64,000 nucleotides of DNA, taken from positions 124,001 through 188,000 of the IMG/VR virus record IMGVR_UViG_3300017991_000002. One strand, 5' to 3'. This document shows positions 55,051 to 64,000 of the stretch, in pieces. How positions within the stretch are numbered: the first letter of the stretch is position 1; the number at the start of each line of letters is the position of its first letter. The position numbers and the translations under genes were made by a program. The notes under the pieces are model-generated. The model was not told the origin of the DNA and ran no database searches. It saw only the letters and a program-made list of their open reading frames with translations.

Positions 55051-55116
55051 TAAATGTCTCCAAGGTACGGGTTATAGTTTTTAGATACCCTGAAATATAT
55101 GGAAATGTCAACCCTT

Positions 55117-55521
55117 TTATCCATACATCAGGGACTTTATCACTTCATAATTCACATCACTCCCAAACTTACCAATAACATTACCGAGATCCTCCATCAC
55201 AATAAGCAAATCCCTCGGCTTAACTTTCAGATCCTCGTTGAGGTACCCTTTAATAAAGTCGATAGATTTCCCTTCATCCCAATAAAGTCTGATTGATTCA
55301 TCAAGAGCTCTTCGTCTTAAATCACGTCTCCCGACAGCTTTTGATACTTCTTCCCTTATCTCCGCTTCCGGGGGATCTTCTACCAAGTCCTCAAAAGGAA
55401 TGACAGACTCACACAGAGGACAGACCAAGAAATCCTCACCGTTATCATCTTCGAAGAAAAATGATTTTTCAGCATCAAAGCTATCGTCACAAAATGGACA
55501 ATTAACTACAGTTTCACTCAT
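55117..55521 (-). CDS. Zn ribbon plus LYWDEG-domain protein
   Basis: CPFC...CPLC; the C-terminal domain is paralogous to 55534..55776. Confidence 0.7.
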   Translation of the reverse strand: MSETVVNCPFCDDSFDAEKSFFFEDDNGEDFLVCPLCESVIPFEDLVEDPPEAEIREEVSKAVGRRDLRRRALDESIRLYWDEGKSIDFIKGYLNEDLKVKPRDLLIVMEDLGNVIGKFGSDVNYEVIKSLMYG

Positions 55522-55533
55522 AATTTTATCCCC

Positions 55534-55776
55534 TTAAGTTGAGATCCTTCTATCAATATAATCAGATCCAACATCGCTTCCAAATCGAGCAATCGCCTCA
55601 CCGAGATACTGCATTATTTTTTTGATACTGGAAATTGATTGACCGCACTCCTCAAACAGATAATCGTCGATGAGCTCTAGATCACATCCTTCATCCCAAT
55701 AAAGCCTAAGTGCCTCCCGTAATGCCTCTCTCTCAGTCATAGCATTTTCCTTAATACAGACCCATCCGTGCTCCAC
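55534..55776 (-). CDS. LYWDEG-domain protein
   Basis: ALRLYWDEG...LGEAIARFGSDV. Confidence 0.65.
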   Translation of the reverse strand: MEHGWVCIKENAMTEREALREALRLYWDEGCDLELIDDYLFEECGQSISSIKKIMQYLGEAIARFGSDVGSDYIDRRIST

Positions 55777-56647
55777 GCTTTCTGGACTTGACAGCTTTAC
55801 GCCTCGAGGACGATTTTATTCGGGATCGAGCCTTCTTTAAAGCGGCCCGCATCGCAGGACTTGACCGAAACCTTTTGGAAGCCATCTTGCTGGCCTGTTT
55901 TGTTGGTGCATATTGAACTCGTCCGCCCCGGACTCTCTTCTTCCGCTCGACAAGATCCTGGATGAAGCCAACCTCTTCATCGGTTAACTCTTCAATAAAC
56001 TCATCCAACTCATCTTCATCAAGAGAATCGATGTAATCCATAAACGAGTCCTCGTTAAAATCATCCTCTTCCTGATATTCGTCCTCTTCAGAAAACCTCC
56101 GAAGAATTTTCAGCGATTTAGCTCTTCCTTTTTTGGCTTTCGTGCTCCACGCTTTTCTGCGAGCTTTCTTCAAAGCAGCCTTCTGTTTCGATGTTCTCCG
56201 TTTTCTCTTTTTCTTCTTTTTCCGCATAAGTTTCCCTTTGCGGACCATCCAAGCCTCCTCAATATTATCTTCCTCATCAGCAGCCTCTTCTTCCAGTCTC
56301 ATCTGCCGAAGAATATTGATAATATTGGTCTGAGGATCTGCGCCTTCTTCAATGTTATAGACATCATATTCCTCATCGACCTGACTCTCTTTGGAGCCGA
56401 CCAGCTCCTCCGGAAGGTAAAACAGTTCTCCACATGCTGAACACTCAGAAAACAGATCCCCTTCTTCATCCTCTGCAATAACCAGACTATCTGTTGTCAG
56501 CATAGCCTCACACGAAGGGCACACAAGATCTCCTTCCTGCGGCTCCGTCGGTTCCACAGTAGGAGACTCCTCTTCAAAGAGCTGCTCCCTATGAGTAATA
56601 AGTTCAAGACTTTCGCAGAAATCTTTTTTTACTTTACTCACTGTCAT
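55751..56647 (-). CDS. Prohead core-like protein (gp67/gp68-like acidic and basic tracts, Zn ribbon)
   Basis: CPSC...CSAC; D/E tracts alternate with two K/R tracts that each contain AALKKAR. Confidence 0.6.
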   Translation of the reverse strand: MTVSKVKKDFCESLELITHREQLFEEESPTVEPTEPQEGDLVCPSCEAMLTTDSLVIAEDEEGDLFSECSACGELFYLPEELVGSKESQVDEEYDVYNIEEGADPQTNIINILRQMRLEEEAADEEDNIEEAWMVRKGKLMRKKKKKRKRRTSKQKAALKKARRKAWSTKAKKGRAKSLKILRRFSEEDEYQEEDDFNEDSFMDYIDSLDEDELDEFIEELTDEEVGFIQDLVERKKRVRGGRVQYAPTKQASKMASKRFRSSPAMRAALKKARSRIKSSSRRKAVKSRKRGARMGLY

Positions 56648-56670
56648 AATAGTTCTCCTCTTTCTATCGG

Positions 56671-57210
56671 TTAAAACTCAGACATTCCAGACTGTGTCAT
56701 TCTCCTAATAACTTCTTTCACATAAACCTCTTTCTTCTCCTCCAAAGCCTCCCGAACCGCCTCATGAACATCCCCTCTGATCTCCGATCCAAGCTCCTTA
56801 AATATCTTTGGAAGATGACGATCTATCACTCTATTTATTTTATTCCTTTCCTTGTGCATCATCTCTTCTACACTGACTACCCTTCCCGTCACTCCGGCAG
56901 TGAGTAATTTTGCAAAACTCGGCTTTAACTCATTCATTACCTCGCTCACCATTTTCGGGTAGGCATCCTCTATCACCTTATACTGACTATTCTTATTTCT
57001 CATAGAGGATAATTTACTGACTATGATCCCCACTAAGGACATAAAGGCCGTAGCAAGCACCACGACAATAGCACTACTGACAGCTCTTGACGTCTCCTTC
57101 TTCAGTTCCTTAGCAGTGCCTTTAATAAACTTGGTCAGCCCCTCGTTTAGGGATTCTTCAGCACTTTTCTGCTCAAACAAAATATTATCAACTACTTTTT
57201 TTATATCCAT
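56671..57210 (-). CDS. Helical protein with a predicted transmembrane segment
   Basis: AVSSAIVVVLATAFMSLVGIIV. Confidence 0.7.
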   Translation of the reverse strand: MDIKKVVDNILFEQKSAEESLNEGLTKFIKGTAKELKKETSRAVSSAIVVVLATAFMSLVGIIVSKLSSMRNKNSQYKVIEDAYPKMVSEVMNELKPSFAKLLTAGVTGRVVSVEEMMHKERNKINRVIDRHLPKIFKELGSEIRGDVHEAVREALEEKKEVYVKEVIRRMTQSGMSEF

Positions 57211-57686
57211 TATCGTATAATCCCCTCGCTGAATAAGAAGACGATAAACTCATCCCTCAAGTCGGACAAAATATGCTCCCTGATTTTCGGAACAATTTTA
57301 GACAGTTCCTGATCGATAACCCTTGATGATTCCCTGAACTTCTTATTTATTAATGACTCTATGAATTTTTCGATCTGGGCATCAGACATGTTATCAAAAG
57401 ATCCGGACGAGTGGGCCCTTTGTAGCTCATTGACCAAAGGTCGTATCTCTGGTCCAAGCACAATGCTTATATCAATAAGAGCATCGCTCATGATCCTGGC
57501 AATAGCATCCCTGTTATCGGTCTTGCGCAGATAGACAGCAAAAAACCTGGATATCAACTTCTTTAGCTTATTCCACAACAGAAGTGACCCAGCAACAGTC
57601 GCCGCTGCCATATACCACACATGGGCCGGTCGTTTCTCCCATCCTTTAGGAACAATTCTTCCGGGAATATCCTTTATTTTTGCCAA
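57210..57686 (-). CDS. Helical protein with a predicted transmembrane segment
   Basis: VWYMAAATVAGSLLLW followed by basic NKLKK. Confidence 0.7.
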   Translation of the reverse strand: MAKIKDIPGRIVPKGWEKRPAHVWYMAAATVAGSLLLWNKLKKLISRFFAVYLRKTDNRDAIARIMSDALIDISIVLGPEIRPLVNELQRAHSSGSFDNMSDAQIEKFIESLINKKFRESSRVIDQELSKIVPKIREHILSDLRDEFIVFLFSEGIIR

Positions 57687-57938
57687 TTATTTCCCCTCTT
57701 GGTCACTTGGATCAAGCAATGATCCACACTCTGGACATTTCTTCGGATACCTCCCAGGGTATTTTGGGATCGGGAAGCCACACCAGGGGCACGTATACTT
57801 CGGGGAAATTGTTCTGCAGATAACATTCCTCATTCCTGGAGATAACTGTTCCGCTATTATATCATCAACAATATCCCCCACGGATAACCCCTCCGAAATA
57901 TTCTTTGATATTACTGCATCCGTGCTATCGAATTTCAT
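57687..57938 (-). CDS. Small double-CxxC zinc-ribbon protein
   Basis: YTCPWCGFPIPKYPGRYPKKCPECG. Confidence 0.7.
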   Translation of the reverse strand: MKFDSTDAVISKNISEGLSVGDIVDDIIAEQLSPGMRNVICRTISPKYTCPWCGFPIPKYPGRYPKKCPECGSLLDPSDQEGK

Positions 57939-58435
57939 TTCCGTCTTTTCCTTTTTGATGTAATTGGGTCTATGTATGAAACATGGGTACGTGACATACC
58001 GATCGATGGGGTAGCAATATTTGTACTCATGGTAGATTCATTCTCCACAAGACCAAGATCCCTCAGAGTATTGGACACGAGGGCATCAGGAAGAACACCC
58101 AAATATCTTAAAATAAGTTTTCTTATGTGAACATCAGTCCATGTATCCAGTGTCCCCAAATACACTGTCCTGCCAGCTTGGGATACCCAGGCCTCTTTTG
58201 TGGTCGGGTTGATTTGAAGCCTACGTCCACGGTTCCTTACCGTAACAGACTCTGATGCTATACCGTCAGTAAAAGATTTATTAACGGAAAACTTCCTACC
58301 CATGGGTATGATACCCATCACCCCGGCATCGAAGTCATCTTTCACAAATGGAGCAAGGACACGACTCATTGAAGGCGATATTGATAGAGTTGTTACCGTC
58401 TCATCTATTCCTATGTCTTCTTTTCTTCGTCTCAT
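57935..58435 (-). CDS. Hypothetical protein
   Basis: 166-aa ORF with AAGGAG SD. Confidence 0.7.
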   Translation of the reverse strand: MRRRKEDIGIDETVTTLSISPSMSRVLAPFVKDDFDAGVMGIIPMGRKFSVNKSFTDGIASESVTVRNRGRRLQINPTTKEAWVSQAGRTVYLGTLDTWTDVHIRKLILRYLGVLPDALVSNTLRDLGLVENESTMSTNIATPSIGMSRTHVSYIDPITSKRKRRK

Positions 58436-58487
58436 ATTTAATCTCCTTACGATCTAATGATACCGTAAATTTCAATTATTAGCAAGC

Positions 58488-61400
58488 TTAAACATACACA
58501 CCAGTGCGTCCCATACTATATGAAAAATCCCTTGACCTTCTTTTTGGATCCATAAAAATACCTTTAAAGAGCTTATAAAATATAAATGGGAGAGTTATTA
58601 AGTGGGCAATTGTATGAACAATCATCCTAATATTTTTCTTGCTTTTAATAAAATCAGGATCGTCCTTCAACATTAATTTGATGGAATCGATCTTAAGTCT
58701 GGCCGCTGGGGTCTCAAGTCTTTTCTCCACTTCCCTTACTATCATTGCCTGCTGCTGGGAGGTCAACATATTAACATTAATACCTGACTGTGCCAATGAA
58801 TCAATTATCTGACGCTGAATCATATTTCCGACCTCCCTCTTAGCTCTTTGGTCAAGAGATACACCCTCGGCTATTTTTGTTACTGCGACTGCAGCTATCT
58901 TAGACACCATAAACTTAATGGACCCGCCGAGGAGTATTTTTCGTGCCTCTGGGGATGAAATCGGCCTATACTTCGTCTTCTCTTCCTCGGTCATCTTCTT
59001 CTTAAAGGACCGCTTAATAGGATGATGGAGCAGGGTGTAAATAGCACTACCGATAAGAATCCCGAACAATGCTCCAGCAACTCTGGCAGGATTATGCTCT
59101 ATTCTGTACCTCAACTTATCGGCCAATGCTTTATCATGACGTAACTTGTCCCATATTTCAATGGCCAGAAGTTCCTTTGCCTCCTCCTGGCTGACATTCC
59201 GGGCCTTCATTATCTCCGGTATCCTGTGCATGTAACGTTTCCTAAGCTCCAAATAGGCCTTTCTTAATTCTTGGCGGGTTACATAGTCAGTGGCAAGCCC
59301 TACCCCCAAATCAATTCCGCTCCCCGGACTGATTATCAGCTCCCACAAATGGTCAAAGGGATCATCCCTTTTATTCCCCATGGGAGTCAATGATTCTTGC
59401 ATCATTTCCCTTTCAAGAGGGTAATTAATTTTATCAAAAAACGCCTCCGCAGACGCCTTATCTTTGAAATCATCAGGAATTTCATTGCTCTCCCTTGCTT
59501 GTTCTACTGAAGCTATAAATTCCTTAGGTGGCTCTTTACCGAACGCGGCAAGAAACAGACGTCCTATGTCCTCATTATTGTACCCAGCAACCTCCATCTC
59601 CGCCCGGGCAATCCTTCTACCGGAACTTCCTTCTTCCGACTCAGGATCAGCATAATACTCCCATGATGATCCAGCAGCCTTTGGTCCTCCTATAATCACT
59701 GGATGACTTATGGCATATTCATGAACCATACCATCAAGGATAGCATTTCTTACGGTCTCGGTATAAACTTTCTCCAACTCATTGTCACTAATTTTTGGAT
59801 CTATCTTCTTTTTATTCCTCATAAAATCGGTTTTCTTGTTGGAGATAACCCAATAGTCCGCCATAACCCCCTTCATTGGATCAACAGACTTAATGGACTG
59901 ATAAATAGCCTGATCAACCGGTTCCTCTTCCCCCTCCCCGGGAACTCTGTAATTATGCCAGGCATCAGACAGCAGACCGACAACTTCAGGAGGAGGCTTC
60001 GTCCCTGCTGCCAATCTATATGCACTTGTAACTGATTTCAAAGCATTCTTCAGGCCATCTTTACCTCCGAACTCTTCTCTGAATCTCCTTGCCAACATTT
60101 TCAGTAATGTTCCATTGGTGAGACTTTCTATGACCACATGACAGTAATAATCGGCAAACCTCTCCCGTAAGTCATCTTCCATATCTCCCCACTTTGATTC
60201 AACAACGTCATCCATATCTTTGTCGTATTGAATAAGCCTTTGAGCAAACTCCTCATCAGTCTCATAAGGATCTCTGGTAGGCTTCGGATATTTATTACGG
60301 AATTGGCGCTCCAAGAGCCTCTTCACAGACGCTCTAGCATTCTCCATCTGATCGTCGACATATTCCTCTGCCGTCATGCTCAACAACTGCCGGAGTCTCT
60401 TCTCTTTTCCAACACCTTCTGGAGGAGGGACAACTCTTTCAAGCTCATGGGGTACCAATTTCCAGCCAAAGTCTGGCCGGCCTACGTGCCGTCCTTCGTT
60501 ATCCAGGAGGATAGGAAGACCTTCCTTATCCATACCTACAACGGCTCTTTGTCTTTCTATAATGGTCTTCCCTCGAGCAGCTTCTTTCGTTTGTATCCTC
60601 TCCATGACATCTCCGACCTCCATCCTGAAACCCTCTCCATGGCGGCCGTCCATGATATATCTCTTATATGCATTTTTAGCCTCTGCAGCCTTCTTCTCAT
60701 TTTTCCCTTTAAATTCATTAAATCTTCTCAAGGCAAGTTCAGCTTTTATTGCTTTTTTCTCTTCCTTCTCACCCGGGGACAAATTGCTCTCGAGCCCCTT
60801 TGTCAGCTCCTTCTGTTTTTCCTTTCCAGCTTCTGTCCCAGCTTCCTTTTCCGATACCTTCTGATCTGTATAGGAATAAAAAATACTATATATTCTCTTC
60901 AACTCGCTATCTGGCACCAATTTCAATGCCCCCAGATCATCAAAATGAATACCGGGGCTGGCATCAATTCTAAACTCCCGAGATTTCCGATACTTCTGTC
61001 TATCCTTATAATACTTATCTTCTTTAACGAGATCGAAGGCCTTAGCGAGCTTCGCATTGTTTCCAATAAAACCTTTATAGTTCCTGACACCTTCAAATTC
61101 AGGAGAGTTTATGACTATATTCATCCCGCCAGAATGTCCCGGTCTTGTGTTGGCATAGTTAATGAATTCCCCAGCCGAACTTAATGGTGCCATCTCTTTT
61201 CTCAACTGGACCAGCTCCCTGTTGCCGGGATTCATTAAGAGGGATATTCTTCTATCGTCCTCCTGCTTTTTGGTCAGTTCAGCGGTTCCGAAATGGGACT
61301 CTGCTGCTCGAGACAGTTTCCTCAGCTTCGTAAGTGCGGGAAGAGCAGCACCTTTAACAAAACTTCCACCATCAAGAGCATCGTAAGTGATATCTCGGAT

Positions 61401-62705
61401 ACGTTCTCCTGATATCACAAGTGGGACTACCTTGAATTGCTCTGGATAAGGACCTGAAGAAGATATCATTTCAACATTTCGCCTGTAATCCTTCAGCACC
61501 TTCCTTGCCTCGTCTCTGATACCGGTAGCATACTCTATGGAGTTATTTATTATTGCGTCTCTTGCTGACGAAGAAAGCTTCCTCTTGGAGATGGCCTCTT
61601 TGGATTTCTTTTCCTCCTTAGCTACAAGCATCATTATACGTTCGAATAATTTCCCTATCCTCTCATTCCATTCATTTTTTATTTCATTTATCTTTGCCAA
61701 ATGCTCGCCCGACACAGACACTCTTCTCTTTTCTGCAGGGGTAAGAACCTTATATTCACGTCGAAGTTTGCCCATAGTCTTCTTCATGTAGTCACTAACA
61801 CCTTCAGACTCCACTTCACTCTTTACCCCTAAACGGTCAATCTCACTGGCAGATATTTCTCCCTCTAGGGAACGATTCACCAGATCAGATAACGCAAAGA
61901 CCAAAGCACCTGATTTCTCAGCCTTATTCACCCTTGCCGTAATACTCTTGGCAGGACCTGATAACGACCGGCTTATTTTCTCTATTTTTTCGTATGCCTT
62001 CTGTATATCCTGAATAACCGGATATAACTGCCTGTAGTCTGCTCTTTCCAGCTCACCTCTCATACTTTCAAAGTCATTGATAACTTTTTCCTTGACCTCA
62101 CGAGCAGCCTTCTCAAGAGAAGATATCTTATCCCTCGCATCCAATAATTCACTCCTATGCTCCACGGGATCACGGAGACGTACCCCTCTGAATGCCAGGG
62201 TTTCATCTTCCCTCTCTTCCACCTCAATATTTTTAAGGTCACCAATATGAGTCCTGATCTGAAACATGAGAATAATTGTATGGGCTAATGCACGAAGAGA
62301 CCGTTCAATTGATCTGACATCTCCTTCAAATCGTCCTTCCATTTTGGCTGCACTTATCTGGGCCTTGATGGCCGTTTTTACTTTCGGGTCGCGGAGTCTT
62401 TTCCGAGCAAAATGACCAATTTTCAAGAGGAATTCTTCCTCGGTCATTCCATAGGACCTGGCATACTTTCTGGCGTTGAATGCCAACTCCATTTCCATCT
62501 GCCGCCGGAACATTTTCTTGATTCTAGAATTAACTATAAATTTCCGAATGACAGGACCGAGGACAAAAGGCCCCAATATAAACGTTGCCGCCTGCAGGGC
62601 AACAAGGTGCATTTCCTTTGTAAGGCTTACCCTTTTAAAGAAGGATGCTGCCCTCCTGGCCACTCCCATTCCTTTTTGAATCGATTTTTGTTTTTGTTCC
62701 ACCAT
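58488..62705 (-). CDS. Very large helical protein, putative internal virion/ejection protein (start uncertain)
   Basis: 1405 aa, charged and helical, with hydrophobic segments near both termini. Confidence 0.7.
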   Translation of the reverse strand: MVEQKQKSIQKGMGVARRAASFFKRVSLTKEMHLVALQAATFILGPFVLGPVIRKFIVNSRIKKMFRRQMEMELAFNARKYARSYGMTEEEFLLKIGHFARKRLRDPKVKTAIKAQISAAKMEGRFEGDVRSIERSLRALAHTIILMFQIRTHIGDLKNIEVEEREDETLAFRGVRLRDPVEHRSELLDARDKISSLEKAAREVKEKVINDFESMRGELERADYRQLYPVIQDIQKAYEKIEKISRSLSGPAKSITARVNKAEKSGALVFALSDLVNRSLEGEISASEIDRLGVKSEVESEGVSDYMKKTMGKLRREYKVLTPAEKRRVSVSGEHLAKINEIKNEWNERIGKLFERIMMLVAKEEKKSKEAISKRKLSSSARDAIINNSIEYATGIRDEARKVLKDYRRNVEMISSSGPYPEQFKVVPLVISGERIRDITYDALDGGSFVKGAALPALTKLRKLSRAAESHFGTAELTKKQEDDRRISLLMNPGNRELVQLRKEMAPLSSAGEFINYANTRPGHSGGMNIVINSPEFEGVRNYKGFIGNNAKLAKAFDLVKEDKYYKDRQKYRKSREFRIDASPGIHFDDLGALKLVPDSELKRIYSIFYSYTDQKVSEKEAGTEAGKEKQKELTKGLESNLSPGEKEEKKAIKAELALRRFNEFKGKNEKKAAEAKNAYKRYIMDGRHGEGFRMEVGDVMERIQTKEAARGKTIIERQRAVVGMDKEGLPILLDNEGRHVGRPDFGWKLVPHELERVVPPPEGVGKEKRLRQLLSMTAEEYVDDQMENARASVKRLLERQFRNKYPKPTRDPYETDEEFAQRLIQYDKDMDDVVESKWGDMEDDLRERFADYYCHVVIESLTNGTLLKMLARRFREEFGGKDGLKNALKSVTSAYRLAAGTKPPPEVVGLLSDAWHNYRVPGEGEEEPVDQAIYQSIKSVDPMKGVMADYWVISNKKTDFMRNKKKIDPKISDNELEKVYTETVRNAILDGMVHEYAISHPVIIGGPKAAGSSWEYYADPESEEGSSGRRIARAEMEVAGYNNEDIGRLFLAAFGKEPPKEFIASVEQARESNEIPDDFKDKASAEAFFDKINYPLEREMMQESLTPMGNKRDDPFDHLWELIISPGSGIDLGVGLATDYVTRQELRKAYLELRKRYMHRIPEIMKARNVSQEEAKELLAIEIWDKLRHDKALADKLRYRIEHNPARVAGALFGILIGSAIYTLLHHPIKRSFKKKMTEEEKTKYRPISSPEARKILLGGSIKFMVSKIAAVAVTKIAEGVSLDQRAKREVGNMIQRQIIDSLAQSGINVNMLTSQQQAMIVREVEKRLETPAARLKIDSIKLMLKDDPDFIKSKKNIRMIVHTIAHLITLPFIFYKLFKGIFMDPKRRSRDFSYSMGRTGVYV

Positions 62706-63004
62706 AAGGCTGCCTTTCGCTCGTCAATGATTCTTTTATCAAACCTGATTGCTTGTACTTCCCATTTCTTCCGACCAGCATTATACCCGACAAGATATGA
62801 AACACCAGGAGTCCTCTTGGATTTAATCCTCGTAAACTTCCCAGCAAACTGAGATGGATCCTTCAGCCTCCACCGACCTTCGTTCCTGGTTGAGTTTGGG
62901 TCGAACTTAAAGTCACCAGAGTAGTGGCCGGCACCCTCGAATCTCTTCGAGGATGCCATTTCCACTTCATGCAAAACAACCTTTCTGTAAACTGTCTCAA
63001 CCAT
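62627..63004 (-). CDS. Hypothetical protein with an R(L)xDP...GV...EVQAIRF motif
   Basis: WRLKDPSQF...PGVSYLVG...WEVQAIRFDK; overlaps the longest start of the next gene by 79 nt. Confidence 0.6.
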   Translation of the reverse strand: MVETVYRKVVLHEVEMASSKRFEGAGHYSGDFKFDPNSTRNEGRWRLKDPSQFAGKFTRIKSKRTPGVSYLVGYNAGRKKWEVQAIRFDKRIIDERKAALWWNKNKNRFKKEWEWPGGQHPSLKG

Positions 63005-63019
63005 AGAAAATAAGAGGTT

Positions 63020-63120
63020 GCAGTCCCTAGGAGACTGCTTGTTGCCTCAGGGAATGCGCGCACCCTTTGGCAATCCGGCTAACCCCAGGTAGCCTGCCCA
63101 TACGGATAAGTCCGTATGGG
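63020..63120 (-). ncRNA. Candidate structured intergenic RNA (four consecutive hairpins)
   Basis: CCCAUACGGA/UCCGUAUGGG; GGCUA/UAGCC; UUGCC..AGGG..UGC/GCA..CCCU..GGCAA; GCAGUCUC/GGGACUGC. Confidence 0.5.
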
Positions 63121-63128
63121 GAGTCTTG

Positions 63129-63653
63129 TTAATCTGACAATACGTATTCAACAAAAAGATTGAACTTACCGGCAGTAAGATCCTGAACAGCGATCGTAGC
63201 GGTCAGTTCACGAGCCGCAGTTGTTTTCACCGCATTGGCAACGGTCCCGTCCTCAATACCCTCATGAAGACCGGCATCCCAAGGATTGGTTCCATCGTTA
63301 ATTGCGATCGCAGCAACGATATCATCAGCACCTTCGGCATGAAGGGCAATGGTTGCTGTATCAGCGGCAGATTCACATGTGGTAAGCACATCGACATACG
63401 CCCGCATGATGATAGCATTGTCGGGAATTGTAACTCCCAATCCAATCGCCCCGATAGTACCACCAAGCTCAGCGAAGTCATACTGCGCTTTGACCGTAAA
63501 TGGCATTTTGGTGTACAGGAACTGAGTTTTGTCCAGCAGCTCCTGAGCAATAATATCTACCTTATCCAAGGTAAGATCAGACCCATCATCCTGAGCCAGC
63601 TCACGGAGGGTCTCATCCCATTCATAGGCAGTATTTGCAGTTAATTCAGACAT
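63129..63653 (-). CDS. Putative virion decoration protein (beta-sandwich)
   Basis: IPDNAIIMRAYVDVLTT...AAR.LTATIAVQDLTAGKFNLFVEY; GGAGG SD. Confidence 0.55.
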   Translation of the reverse strand: MSELTANTAYEWDETLRELAQDDGSDLTLDKVDIIAQELLDKTQFLYTKMPFTVKAQYDFAELGGTIGAIGLGVTIPDNAIIMRAYVDVLTTCESAADTATIALHAEGADDIVAAIAINDGTNPWDAGLHEGIEDGTVANAVKTTAARELTATIAVQDLTAGKFNLFVEYVLSD

Positions 63654-63684
63654 TTTATTTCCTCCTTATATAAGGAATAGGTTA

Positions 63685-63984
63685 CTAGACGTCCAATGCT
63701 CCGTCAAAATCGTCTAATGTTTTCAGGTATTCATATCCCTGTGTAAGCAGATTATCATCCGCCACAGTTTCCGTCGATTCGATATCATATACAAACTGAT
63801 AACTCCTCGACATAAGTGGCGGTTTTCCATCCGTTCTAGATGCTGCATCGAAATACGTCAATACATTACAGCCAGCTACAAATGAGCCGTCAGGCTTTTT
63901 CCTTGTCCTAACATTACCTATCCTATGATAGGCATTCGGGCACGAGACACCATGAACTGTTGTATATGCCTTCTCTAATGCCAC
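63685..63984 (-). CDS. Small hypothetical protein
   Basis: 99 aa with CAGGAGG SD. Confidence 0.7.
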   Translation of the reverse strand: MALEKAYTTVHGVSCPNAYHRIGNVRTRKKPDGSFVAGCNVLTYFDAASRTDGKPPLMSRSYQFVYDIESTETVADDNLLTQGYEYLKTLDDFDGALDV

Positions 63985-64000
63985 GACCTTTTACCTCCTG

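Noticed and set aside
55082-55111. Internal minus-strand sigma70 promoter TTGACA-18-TATCTA
   Set aside because: Long spacer and a -10 lacking the final T; possible but not supportable from sequence alone.
12496-63900. Numerous plus-strand ORFs of 60-320 aa opposite the morphogenesis genes (e.g. 60228..61184, 54250..54942, 20676..21329)
   Set aside because: They are antisense shadows of well-supported genes, with no SD or recognisable motifs.
1-64000. Alternative genetic code (TAG or TGA reassigned), as in some large phages
   Set aside because: Long structural ORFs are intact under code 11. HU ends in TAG directly before a terminator, and many genes end in TGA overlapping the next ATG. Only one in-frame TGA was found.
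1-64000. CRISPR array, tRNA genes, DGR template/variable repeats, inteins
   Set aside because: I saw no spaced direct repeats, no cloverleaf with a T-loop, no adenine-variant repeat pair or reverse transcriptase, and no C/S...HN intein ends. This was inspection by eye only; tRNAscan and CRISPR tools were not run.

Overview
A 64-kb piece of a large T4-like (myovirus) phage genome in the standard genetic code. Positions 1-12495 are mostly plus-strand small accessory and regulatory genes: an HU protein, an XRE-HTH/sigma-70 region 4 protein, a papain-like peptidase, a stand-alone TSCPD/NrdJb-like protein, a Lar-like protein, a PTH2-like protein and a second diverged gp23-like capsid gene. One inverted two-gene unit there encodes a metallophosphoesterase. 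Positions 12492-63984 are one minus-strand morphogenesis block: fibre and baseplate genes, split central spike, hub, tape measure, chaperones, tube, sheath, neck, major capsid protein, protease-scaffold fusion and many putative head-internal proteins. I did not recognise a portal, terminase, tRNA or CRISPR array. Main observations: (1) the major capsid gene is interrupted by two group I introns whose splice sites can be fixed from P1/P10 pairing, and the second encodes a TnsA-like nuclease that runs through the ribozyme core; (2) five accessory proteins, including the gp23 paralogue, share a C-terminal R-[KR]-[LI]-[RK]-[LIV] tag; (3) two intergenic segments look like structured RNAs; (4) one gene is split by a single in-frame TGA; (5) a cluster of head-cargo-like proteins shares a candidate targeting/cleavage motif and several carry membrane-like helices. 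All family calls come from reading motifs by eye; no database search was run.
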